Positions 48,601 through 59,620 of a stretch of DNA of 64,000 nucleotides are shown here, piece after piece. Source of the DNA: Chiloscyllium plagiosum (taxonomy: Eukaryota). Under the pieces are notes generated by a model that did not search any database, was not told the origin of the DNA, and saw nothing but the letters and a program-made list of their open reading frames with translations. Both the position numbers and the translations under genes were made by a program. The stretch is from positions 37,505,650-37,569,649 of the forward strand of contig NC_057718.1 of assembly GCF_004010195.1 (NCBI RefSeq). The letters run 5' to 3'. How positions within the stretch are numbered: position 1 is the first letter of the stretch; each line of letters starts with the position of its first letter.

Positions 48601-50372
48601 ATGATGGTAATCTTTGACGGGGTAGTGAAGGTGTTGACAGGAAGTAGTCCTGCAACTTCTAGCTCATCACAATTGCTGTGATGGCATTTGTTTCTCTTCA
48701 AGACAGTCCTGGCTTTGTTGCAGCTGTAGAGTTTTCCCTCAGAAACCTACCCTGTCTCAGTGAATCCTGCAAAGCATGTTAAATCTCAGTTTCCCAACCT
48801 CATTAATATGAGGCTCAACCACTTTTTGGAATTGAGCTGGTGACCTACCCTAATGTTTCGTCATCAGGAAATTGTTGTGCTGGTACAGGTTTTCTGACAC
48901 CCCAGGATTTTTGCCAATTAAACCCTCTGCTAATCTCACCTACATTAAAGTTTCACTAGTTTCCCTGCTTTCTTAGATTACACTTTTCTTAAAATATTTT
49001 CCAATTTAATTAAGTCTTCTTGCTTTCCGTTTTGAAATCTTCCTTTACAATATCTTGTTTGGGTCAAATATCTGTAAAAGAGATTTGTTTTGTGAGGTGC
49101 ATGCAGAAGTTCCTGGTGGAGGCAGTTGCTTCAAGATGTTTAATAACAAATCCTTCCCTGATACTGGTGCACAGAAGTGTACTCATTGCCGTTATGCTTG
49201 TGATATGGGGCATAACATTAGAAAATTTTTGCTGTGTACTTATATAGTTCTGATACTCTGCAAGAAATTGTTATTTTATGGCTTAACTCCTGAGGTCATC
49301 ATCTGTATATTGAACAATAAGAATCACCTAAGCTTCCTATTCATTATCCATTTCCTACATATCATTCTTGAGCTTCATTGTGAGTTCTATACCATTCTGA
49401 TCATTCTTTATTCAGAAAAGGTATCATCAAGCTCAATATAATCAGAAATTGCTAGAAATGCTCAGCAGATCTGGCACCATCAGTTGATGCAGATCCTCCC
49501 ATTTTCTATAATATTGACTGAGTAAATTTGTAATATTTTCAATGAGTCTTTGTCCAAATGATCTCTCCCCTTAGGATTATTGCAGAATACTGCCTGAATT
49601 GCATAAGGGCATTCAATAATGTCACCCACAGACCATCCAATTTAATGACTATTTGCTTATCAATTGTTCATACAAATTCTTAATGAAGTAGCAAGGTTAC
49701 AGGTTACTGTATCTTTTAAAAGAAGCATTCCAAAGATGTAGGCATCCTGAAAGATCATTTGATACACAGGAGGTACTCTAGGATTTCTGAATACATTTCA
49801 GGGTAACTGTGTCAGAAATGCTTTGCTAAATGGATTTGAGTTCAAGCAGGTACTGCAACTCAAGACTGGCCATCCATGAGGCATTGTGGGCCATCAACAG
49901 CAGCAGAATTGCACTCCAGCATAATCTGCAACCTCAAGATCATGCATATCCCTCACTCTACCGTTGCCATCAAATCAGAAGATCAAATATGGTTCAATAA
50001 AGCGTGCAGGAGAGCATGCTAAGAGCAGCACCAGGCATTCCTAAAAATGAAATGTCAACCTCGTGAAGCTAGAAAGCAGGACTACCTGCATGCCAACAGT
50101 ATAAGCAGCAAGTGATAGACAGAGCTAAGTGAGTTCACAACAAACAAGATGAGATTTAAGCTCTGCAGACTTGCCACAAACAATCATGAATGGTGGCAGA
50201 TAATTAAACAACTCAGTGGAGAAGGAGGATCCATAAGCATACTCAATGACTGGGGGAGCCCAGCATGTCAGTGAAAAAGATAAAACTGAGGTACTCAGAA
50301 ATGCTAAGTGGATGATCCATCTCAGCATCCTCCAAATGGTCACAGTATCACAGTTTCCAGTCTTCAGCAATT

Positions 50373-50765
50373 TAATAGGCTGGGACTTTTTTCCCATAGG
50401 AGGTTGAGGGACGACCTTATAGAGATTTATAAAATCATGAGGGGCATAGATAAAGTGAATTGCAAAGGTTTTTTCCTTAGGAAAGAGAGTTCAAAACTAG
50501 AGGGCAAATGTTTAAGGTGCAAGGAGAAAGATTTAAAATGGACCAGAGGAGCAATTTTTCACACAGAGTTTGGTTTGTTTGTGGAATGAATTACCAAAGA
50601 AAGTGTTACAACATTTATAAGACATTTGGACAGGTATATGATTAGGAAAGGTTTAGAGGGATTTGGACCAAACACAAGCAAATGGTCTAGTTTGGGAAAC
50701 CTGGTTGGCACAGACAAGTCAGACCAAATGACCTTTATCTGTGCTGTATGACTCTGTGAATCTAT
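50373..50765 (+). mobile_element. CR1 3' fragment nested in the LINE
   Basis: NRLGLFSHRRLRDDLIEIYKIMRGIDKV followed by 3' UTR ending gtatgactctgtgaatcta. Confidence 0.85.
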
Positions 50766-51236
50766 ATAAAGGAATGACTGGAGACACTGAATTTTGAAAA
50801 GACAATAAGCCCTGACAACATTCCAGCAACAGTACTGAAAACTTGTGCTCCAGAACTTGCCGCATCCCCCCAAACTAAGCTCTTGCAATACAATGTCTAC
50901 AGGGGAACATGGAACATTGCCCAGGTATGTCCTGTGCACAAAAAGCAGGACAACTGTAACCTGGCAAATTACTGACCCATCAGTCATGTGATGGAAGGTG
51001 ACATCAATAGAGCTATCAAGCATCACATGCTCAGCAATTACTTGTTCAATGACGCCCAGTTGGGGTTCCACCAGGGCCATTCAGCTCCTGACCTCATTAC
51101 AGCCTTGGTTCAAACAGGGGCAAAAGAACCAAATTCCAAAGGTGAGGGTGAGAGTGACAGCCCCTGACATCAAAACTGCATTTGAATGGGTGTGGCATCA
51201 AAGAGTTCAAGCAAACCTGAGACAATAGGAATTAGG

Positions 51237-51484
51237 ATCTAGATTAGAGTGGTGCTGGAAAAGCACAGCAGTTCAGGCAGCATCCGAGGAGAAGTAAAAT
51301 CGACGTTTCGGGCAAAAGCCGGACAAGTCATGGGGACTGTGCTGAGCTGGAAGTTTGGAACTGGGGGCTTTTGCCCGAAACGTCGATTTTACTGCTCCTC
51401 GAATGCTGCCTCACCTGCTGTGCTTTTCCAGCACCACTCTAATCTAGACTCTGGTTTCCAGCATCTGCAGTCATTGTTTTTACT
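51237..51484. mobile_element. Penelope-like family A palindromic cassette, perfect 14-bp TSD; both arms cut at hammerhead stem II
   Basis: caataggaattagg occurs at 51223-51236 and 51485-51498. The left arm ends at cgggcaaaagcc and the right arm begins at gggcttttgcccg, around a ~45-bp spacer. Confidence 0.92.
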
Positions 51485-52833
51485 CAATAGGAATTAGGGG
51501 AAATGCATGGAGCCATACCTGAAATAAAGGAAAATGAGTGTGGTTAATGGGGAGGGTCACTCATCTCAACTCCAGGCCATATCTGCAGGAGTTCTTCAGT
51601 CATCAATGACCTTCCCTCTATCATAAAGACAGCCGTGAGAATGTTTGCTGATGATTGCACAATGTTTATTACTATTCATGATTCATTAGATACTGGAGCA
51701 ATCCATGTCCAAGTGGAGCAAGATCTGGACAATATCTAGGCCTGAGCTGACACTACCATCTTTACAATATTAAAAAAAATTAAAAACAACTGAACTTTTT
51801 GACATTTCAAAATATTTATCACACTTTGTAAGATTCACACCGCATAAGTGCCAAGCCATGACCATCTTCAAAAAGAGAATATCTAACCATTTCCCCTAAA
51901 ATACAATGGCACCACTATCACTGAATCTCCCATTATCAATAACCTAATGGTTACCATTGATGAGACATTGAACTGGACTAGCCATATAAGTATTGTGACT
52001 ACAGGAACAAGACAGAGATTAGGAATGCTTCAGTGAGTAACTCACCTCCTGAGTCCCTAAAGTATGTCCACCATCTCCAAGTGACAGTGTGATGGAATAC
52101 TCTCCACTTTCCTGGATGAGTACATTTCCAACAACAGTCAAGAAACCTGAGATAGGACAATGCAGCCTGCTTGATTGGCAACATAGCCACATACCTACAC
52201 TCTGTTCAGCAATATCTACAAGATGCACTGCAGAAATGTTCTAGGCTTCTTAGATAGCATGTTCAAACCCATGACCACTACCATCTGGAAGGACGAGGGC
52301 AGCAGATACATAGGAACATCACCATTTGCAAATTCCTCTCCAAACCACTCACCATTCCAATTTGGAAATATATTGTCATACCTTCAGTATTTGTGTTGTG
52401 GATCACAATCCTGGAACTTGCTGTCTAACAGCATTGTGGGTTTACCTACAGCAAATGGAATGCAGCACTTTAAGAAGGTAACTTGTCAACATTTTCTTAA
52501 ATGCAACTAGAGATAGGAAATAAATGCTGACTCAGCCAGCGACCTCCATATCCTGGGAATTAATTGACAAAGATATTCAGAACAAGGATTAATGGCAGCT
52601 TGCAGTCCTTTCATTTATCTTTGCTGACCTTGTAAGGTCATTAGACCTTGCCTGCAGCAAAGATGCATCCAAATTTCTTTGGACACAGTCTTCTACTATC
52701 TGGGACACTGCCTTCCACAGGCCCCAGCTATTATATTGACAAGTCTCTTGCCATTCACTCCCACAGGTTCATTAACCAGCAAAGCATGCTGCGGGTCAAC
52801 ATTACATTTAATTCTGGCTTCACACAAACATGG

Positions 52834-53001
52834 TCAGAGATAAAAAAAAGTGCAGATGCTGGAATCCAAGGTAGACAAACAGGAGGCAGGAAGAACACAA
52901 CAAGTCAAGCAGCATCAGGAGGTGGAGAATTCAACATTTCGGGAAACATTGACTTCTCCACCTCCTGATGCTGCCTGGCTTGCTGTGTACTTCCAGCCTC
53001 C
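52834..53001. mobile_element. Penelope-like family E palindromic cassette, perfect 13-bp TSD
   Basis: cacacaaacatgg occurs at 52821-52833 and 53002-53014; the arms fuse at catttcgggaaacatt (~52929-52950 region). Confidence 0.85.
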
Positions 53002-54254
53002 CACACAAACATGGGCACCAATTGCATCGAAAAGGATACAGGGTAATTGCACAATGCAATCGTCACACTCATTTTGGTGTCGACTCAGTTAGCTTCCTTA
53101 TTTTTTTCTTTAGTATTGCAAGTTGTGCATTGGGGAACTGCAGATCACCCATCTGTTGCCCTTGGGCTGCTTTATAATCCAAACTGAACAGTAGAATAAA
53201 CATAAAGACTTTTTCCTAGCATTTAGTTTACACCACAAGAAAAAATAACTTCCCTATCTGCCAGCTGTAACAGCATTCACAACAGTTTATGAACTCTGTG
53301 TACAATTGTGTGGTTAAAAAGCATATGGGGCATTTTCCTGGACCTACTTTTATGTCAAATGTTTGTCAGACTTTTATACGTGCAGTTATGTAATCAGTAA
53401 TGCAGTTTGAATATAATGTGTCTTTTATTCATCCTTCTATATTGATGCAATGATAAAACAAATGTCCAGAAGTTAAAGAGTTAACAAGAAATTTCTACAA
53501 AAGCTTTCAGTTAAGGAATGGGGAAACCTAATGAAAATTAATAACTAGAAAATGGAATAGTCTCACGTGAGTCCTTGTCCTTATAACCTCTCCAATGTTC
53601 CTGCAAGGGGCCCCAGTTACTGTAGTTTCCGAAAGATCAAGATCAATTATTTTTTTATGTATCAAAGCTATTTGGAATTCCCAAGATGGTAAAGCTTTGC
53701 TCTCGACAACATTGAAAAATAATAAGAAACAACTGAAATTTTTGACATTTCATAATATTTGACACACACACTTGTTCATTCACGCCAGTCTGCATGTGTA
53801 CTCACTGTAATCCCAGATGTGCTTTCTTTCCTTTAGTTGACAGCTATCAAACCCACCTTATAATATACATATTATACAAAATCTTGCCTTGACTTACTAA
53901 CCACTCTTAAATTATCATTAGCCTTCAATTTCTAAATTCTGTGTTGTGGGTTTTGAGATCTGTCATTACTATTGTGTAGTATCAACACTGCTCTCAGAAA
54001 ACGTCAGACAGTCTGCAGTTGGTTTACCTGTGCCGCTGATGTAGAATAATCCACATGTTGACTATTTGTGGAGCCTTCCTACCTGTAAATATCTCAGTAC
54101 TGAAATCGTGAGAGACATAGTTCTCACCCACGGTCTTCACAAAACTGGTTGGACGGGTCTTAACTTGCACAGATCGGGAGAGTATAAAAATCTCCATACA
54201 CTTGTCCCACACAGTTGGAATGAATGGCACATAAAGTACCAAAGGCGATTACTA

Positions 54255-54592
54255 AGGTGGACATTGAACAGATGTTCCCCCTTGTGGGACAGTCTCAATC
54301 AAGAGGTCACTGACATAGCGTGAGAGGAGGTAAGTTCAAAACTGAGATGAACAGAAGCTACTTCTCTCAGAGGGTTGTGAATCTGTGGAACTCACTGCAG
54401 CAAAGTGCTGTGGAGGCAAAATCAATCATCAGATTCAAGAAAGAAATAAGTTTCTGATGCAAACTGGGATAAAGGGCTATAGGGAGCAAGCAGAAGATGA
54501 GACCAAAATATGAGCAGCCAAGATCAGGTTAAATGGTGGAACAGGCTCAAAGGGCTGAATTGCCTACACCCCCTCCAAATTCCTATGTTCCC
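54255..54592 (+). mobile_element. CR1 LINE 3' end
   Basis: aaaactgagatga...ttctctcagagggttgtgaatctgtggaactcactg...ggctcaaagggctgaattgcctac. Confidence 0.85.
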
Positions 54593-55899
54593 ACAAATAG
54601 ATTTTGGGATTTCAGGTTCTTGACTGCAAACATGACTCTCTCAGCCCTTGTAAGGGAAGCAGTTGAGTTTTTTTTCTAAATGCATTCCCATCCAAGTATC
54701 CAGGCCTGGACTTGACTTCACTCATGGTGTCTAACGCTGTCTAAGTGGTTTCAGGTGGACTTCAACCCATTCGACTTGTTGAGGTGTAACATGTCCAGAC
54801 TAAGCTGGACATTCATTTCGCCACTTCCTTATCAACATATGCTTGATAAACAACTCTCATGTCTTCCTTTCATGTACCAGACAGGTTAAAAATACTAGAT
54901 ACACCAACATTATCATTGAGTTCCCCAGATTGTTGAGAGCCATACCTTAATAGCAGATTTAAGTTTCTAGTGCAATCCTTCTATATTTCAATTTTTTTAA
55001 AAAAATTGATTCTAAACATCACAATGTAAAACATTCATAATTAAACAGTGGAACAGTCAAATCAGTTTCAGAGGGAGCAATCGTGACAATGATTGATTTT
55101 TATATTTGCAGCAAGAATACAATCTATTGATTACAGTTTTATTGACCATGATCTAAGATTAAGTGTACGAGGTTGGCACTCCATCACCTTGCACCTGCAA
55201 TATGAATACAATGAATGGTTTGTTCAAATACTGAACAGCCAGGAAACTCCTGACAGTATTGATGCCTGTTTCCATATGTAACTTCTGCAGTTACCTTCTT
55301 GTGAATGATTTATATTATCAAGCTGTACCTCCTACTCTTAATAATACTTTTAATAAACTAGATAATCTCGTGGTTTTGCTGACAGACAAAAGCAAACAAG
55401 TGCCTTTCTCTTTCCCTGCAACTGTCTTCCTGCTGTCTACACCTTCTAATTCCTTCTTCTATTTACATGTCCCTGCTTTTCTCTTGTTTGCCTTCAATAT
55501 TTTCTGTCTTTGTCACTCTTCTTCAATCATCTTTCCAATTTTCTAAATCTGAAACTTGCACACACGTTCGCCATGGTCATATCTTTATCTGTCTTCAGTT
55601 ATTTCTATTTCCCCTCACTTTCTTCTAACAAAAGCAGGCAAAATTTCTCTTTATTTCTCTGACATTGCTGAGAACTGGTTCAAATTGGCATGGTTATGAC
55701 TGTTACCAAACAAAACATACACATCCCTTTACTTAATCTGAATCCTGGATCTTTCCTCTAAGAATACTAATATTTTAGCATGTTCCAATACTATGTTGTC
55801 GATAACCTTGTGAGGTACAAGATATTTCTGGTGGGATTTTTTCAGAATGTACCTTCTTTTTGAGCCAAATTCAATGACAAAATAATGTTACGAACTGCA

Positions 55900-56650
55900 A
55901 AGAAACGTGGAACACAGGAAGGGGAGTGCCCATTTAGCTTGCAAGTTTGCTCCACCACTCAGTGAGGTCATGGCTAATCTGCCAGCTAACCCACACCATT
56001 TAATATTCTTAACTAACAAGAATCTACAATATCAGATTTAAAATGAATGAGTGATCTACCATTAATTGCCATTTGTTGAAAAGAGTTCCAAAATCCTACC
56101 ACCCTTTGTATGTAGGACATTTTCCTAATTTCACTGCTCAAAGATCTGCCTCTAATTTTAAAACATGTGACATAGAGGCATACAGCATGGAAACAAGCCT
56201 TTCGGCCCAAAAGATCCATGCCAAGTGGGTTTTTTAAACTTAACTAGTCAGATTTGCCTGGATGGCACCGTGGTTAGCTCTGCTGCCTCACAGCACTAGG
56301 GGCCCAATTTTGATTTTACACATTTTCCCAGGGTCTGTGTGGGTTTCCTCTGCATGCTCTGGCTTCCTCTCACAGTTGAAAGAAGTGCAGGTTAGGTGGA
56401 TTGGCTGTGCTAAATTGCCTGTAGTGTTCAGGGATGTGCAGGCAAGGTGGGTTAGCCATGGGAATTGCAGTACTATGGGGTAGGGTGTGGGTGTAAGTGG
56501 AAATGCTCTTAGGAAGAGTGGTGTGGACCAAATGGGCCAAATGGCTTGCTTCTACTCTGTATGGATTCAACGATAGCCTGCATTTGGCCCATATCCCTCT
56601 GAACCTTTCTTATCCACGTACTGTCCAAATATGTTTTAAATGCTGTGTTA
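55900..56650 (-). mobile_element. Stacked CR1 3' ends (55900-56165; 56166-56650, split by a SINE)
   Basis: The minus ORF gives FKIRGRSLSSEIRKMSYIQRVVGFWNS. The second tail resumes at gcctgcatttggcccatatccc after the SINE. Confidence 0.75.
56260..56572 (+). mobile_element. HE1/V-SINE, diverged
   Basis: ggatggcaccgtggttagctctgctgcctcacagc head; gtgcaggttaggtggattggctgtgctaaattgcc core. Confidence 0.85.
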
Positions 56651-57609
56651 GACACCAAGCAGCAGAAATAGTTTCTCACTATTACCTCATCTGTTCTACA
56701 TAATATCCTGAAAACATCGTTGCTTTTCTAAATTCTAAGAGGGACAAACTGCATTTACATAGCTCTCTTGATAATTTCATGCCTCTGTTTATGTCAGAAT
56801 GGAAGCAGGGGCTTTAAAAATGGCAAATAGAATCCAATTCTGGGATTCCTGGCCCCATTCCTCATGCTGAGAGTTTTCACCCACGTGGGTAAAGATGCAG
56901 TTGATAGCCCACAATCTACACTCCAACCAGAACATCAGTAGGCAACTCATACCACGCCACAACTTTCTTAGTTGGCTCCTCAAAGGACTTGTGGACCATA
57001 TTTTCTGTCTTTGTAACTTTTCTTCACTCTTTCCAATTTTCTAAACCTGAAACTTGCACACACTTTCGCCTTGGTCATACCTTTATCTGTCTTCAGTTAT
57101 TTCTATTTTTCCCTACTTTCTTCTAATAAAAGCAGGCAAAAATTCTCTTTATTGGCAATCTTTTAAAATTAGGTTTAAAAGGTCTTACCCATGCCCTTTT
57201 CAAATTCTCAAAGTCTCCTCTATGCTTGTTCTACAACCCCGTGCCCATTACATCTCACCCATGACCCTTCCATTTCCTAACATGACCCATGCTGCCATGT
57301 GCCTTCCATGCCCATACATCCTTGATGCACTGTGTACAGAATCAATGAAACCTATAGCATTGCGACAGGCAATAAATGCTGGTTAGCCAGCAACGCCCAC
57401 ACCCTACAAATGAATTTTTAAAAAATAACAATGACAAGTCCTGAATACTGAGGAAAACAACGCCCATTCAGAAATCTGAAAAGGCTGCTGTTCAGACAAT
57501 GTTAAAAGTATGTCAGTCAGTTGGAGGCATGAAGCCTGTTGGTAGCTACGACAAGCTTCCAAGCTTTGTGTCTGTGCTAAACAACTCAGCAAGATTGTAG
57601 TAATAGGAT

Positions 57610-58350
57610 TAAAACCTTAAAGAACTGCGGATGCTGTAAATCAGAAACAAAAACAGAGTGGCTGGTGAAGCTCAGCAGGTCTGGCAGCATCTGTGGGGAG
57701 AAATCCGAGTTACCGTTTCGGGTCGAGTGACCCTTCCTCAGAACTGATGGTAGCTAGGAAAGGTTATTTTTTATGCAGAAGATAGGGGGAGGGGGTAAAA
57801 AATAAATGATAGGTGGAGTTAGAGCCTAAAGAGAGAAAAGAACAGTAGGACAGACGAAGGAGTGGATAATTACCTAGCTTGGAAGGTGAATAGCTGTTAA
57901 TGAGGGCAGGTAGTGGCCAACAATGGGTAGTGTGGAAGAGCAGATTTCCTCAGTTTCCGAGGGCCCAAACACACCTTGCAGATGAAGCAGTGCTTTACCT
58001 GAACTTCACACAATCTAGTCTACTGTATTCACTGCTCCCAATGGAGATTGGGAAAATGAAGCATAGACTGTGTCGCCACTTTGCAGGACACCTACATCCT
58101 GACCAGAAAAAAATCCAAGCTTCCAGTTGCCTGCCACTTCAATACAACACCCTGTTCCCTGGCCAACATCTCTGCCTCGTGTTTGCTGCAGTCCTCCAGT
58201 GAAACTCAGCATAAGCTGGAAGAACATCACCTCATTTTCCATTTGGGAACCCCGTAGTCCTCAGGACTCAATATCCAATTCAACAACTTCAGGGCTTGAG
58301 CTCTCCAATGTCCTTACCCCAACCCCCACACATCAGGCCTTGTTATCACA
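57610..58350. mobile_element. Penelope-like family C: inverted pLTR (57610-57940) plus sense GIY-YIG fragment (57945-58350)
   Basis: The left part is antisense to 22600-22940. The right part is homologous to 22190-22600 (NLVYCIHCSQ, IGKMKHRLCRHFAGHL). Confidence 0.88.
57708..57745 (-). ncRNA. Minimal hammerhead ribozyme, family C (one substitution at U16.1)
   Basis: Minus strand reads agtt-CTGAGGA-A-GGGTC-actc-GACCC-GAAA-CG-gT-aact, with a perfect 4-bp stem I and 5-bp stem II. The family copy at ~40570-40580 has AAACGTT at this site. Confidence 0.7.
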
Positions 58351-58649
58351 TATTCTGCTATTGCAGAGGTATTACAGTGATAGCTGGCAGAGCAGCTCAA
58401 GGTGCAGCATTGAAGTGCAGAAACATTCTGCGAGTGGATCAGAAATGTGCTATGAGGGTTCTCCAAGACTCAGCTCAACCCACCAAGCACTCACTCTGGA
58501 TTCCACCGGTGGGGTCTTCCAGGGTTCTGAGAGATGTGTTGCAGAATCAGACATAATGTCCTAGCTTGTTAGTTATATTTGGTAAGGTCACAACCAGGAT
58601 GTTAATGAGGCGAGTTTTTGTATCAACAAGAGATTCATAAAGATTTTTA

Positions 58650-58985
58650 ATAGAGTCCCTACAGTGTGGAAGCAGGCCCTTCGGCCCAACAAGTCCACAC
58701 CGACCTGTTGAAGAGTAACCCACACAGATCTATTCCCCTACTCTATATTTACCCCTGACTAATGCACCTAACAACCATGAACACTCTGGGAAATTTAGCA
58801 TGGCCAATTCGCCTAACTTATATATCTTTGGATTGTGGGAGGAAACTGGAACATCTGGAGGTAACCCACGCAGACACGGCAAGAATGTGCAAACTCCACA
58901 CCGACAGTCATCCGAGGCTGGAATTGAACTCAGGTCCCTCGTGCTGTGAGGCAGCAGTGCTAACCACTGAACCACCATGCCACCC
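58650..58985 (-). mobile_element. HE1/V-SINE
   Basis: Full-length homolog of 61976-62275. Confidence 0.9.
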
Positions 58986-59480
58986 TTAAGGATCTTAACA
59001 AGCTTCCAACTGGCAACTAGCAACTGCCTAGTGAGCATTTCTGCACACCGTTTGTGAGAAACTTAAAAGATAGTGCAAGATGATCTTGATGGAGAAAGTG
59101 AGGTCTGCAGATGCTGGAGATCAGAGCTGAAAATGTGTTGCTGGAAAAGCGCAACAGGTCAGGCTGCATCCAGGGAATAGGAGAATCGACGTTTCGGGCA
59201 TTCCCTCTGTGACTCCCTCGTCAGATCCACACCCCCCACCAACCCAACCTCCACTCCCGGCACCTTCCCCTGCAACCGCAGGAGGTGCAAGACTTGTGCC
59301 CACACCTCCCCCCTCACCTCCCTCCAAGGCCCCAAAGGAAACTTCCATACCCGCCACAGATTCACCTGCACCNNNNNNNNNNNNNNNNNNNNNNNNNNNN
59401 NNNNNNNNNNNNNNNNNNNNNNNNNNNNNNNNNNNNNNNNNNNNNNNNNNNNNNNNNNNNNNNNNTCCAGGGAACAGGAG

Positions 59481-59516
59481 AATCGACGTTTCGGGCATAA
59501 GCCCTTCTTCAGGAAT
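59481..59516 (-). ncRNA. Minimal type I hammerhead ribozyme, family A (intact)
   Basis: Minus strand reads attc-CTGAAGA-A-GGGC-ttat-GCCC-GAAA-CG-TC-gatt. Confidence 0.8.
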
Positions 59517-59584
59517 GAGGAACGTTTGTCCAGCAGGCTAAGATAAACTATCTTTTATCTTAGCCTGCTGGACAAACTTTCCTC

Positions 59585-59620
59585 ATTCCTGAAGAAGGGC
59601 TTATGCCCGAAACGTCGATT
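59585..59620 (+). ncRNA. Minimal type I hammerhead ribozyme, family A (intact)
   Basis: attc-CTGAAGA-A-GGGC-ttat-GCCC-GAAA-CG-TC-gatt; predicted cleavage after C59616. Confidence 0.8.

Larger units (their letters stand above)
49820..52565 (+). mobile_element. CR1-group LINE (same family as 5958-9770) with three insertions
   Basis: Colinear ORF2 motifs (PDNIPATVLKTCAPELA, WNIAQVCPVHKKQD, MFADDCTMF) through to the 3' tail gcaactagagataggaaataaatgctg. Confidence 0.88.
55497..57153. repeat. Dispersed direct repeat of ~157 bp (55497-55655 and 56998-57153)
   Basis: atattttctgtctttgt...ctgaaacttgcacacac...aaaagcaggcaaaa...ctctttatt occurs twice with scattered substitutions. Confidence 0.92.

Noticed and set aside
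49055..49441. 128-aa Cys-rich ORF (KCTHCRYAC)
   Set aside because: No recognisable domain spacing, a non-ATG start, AT-rich low-information sequence and no splice support.
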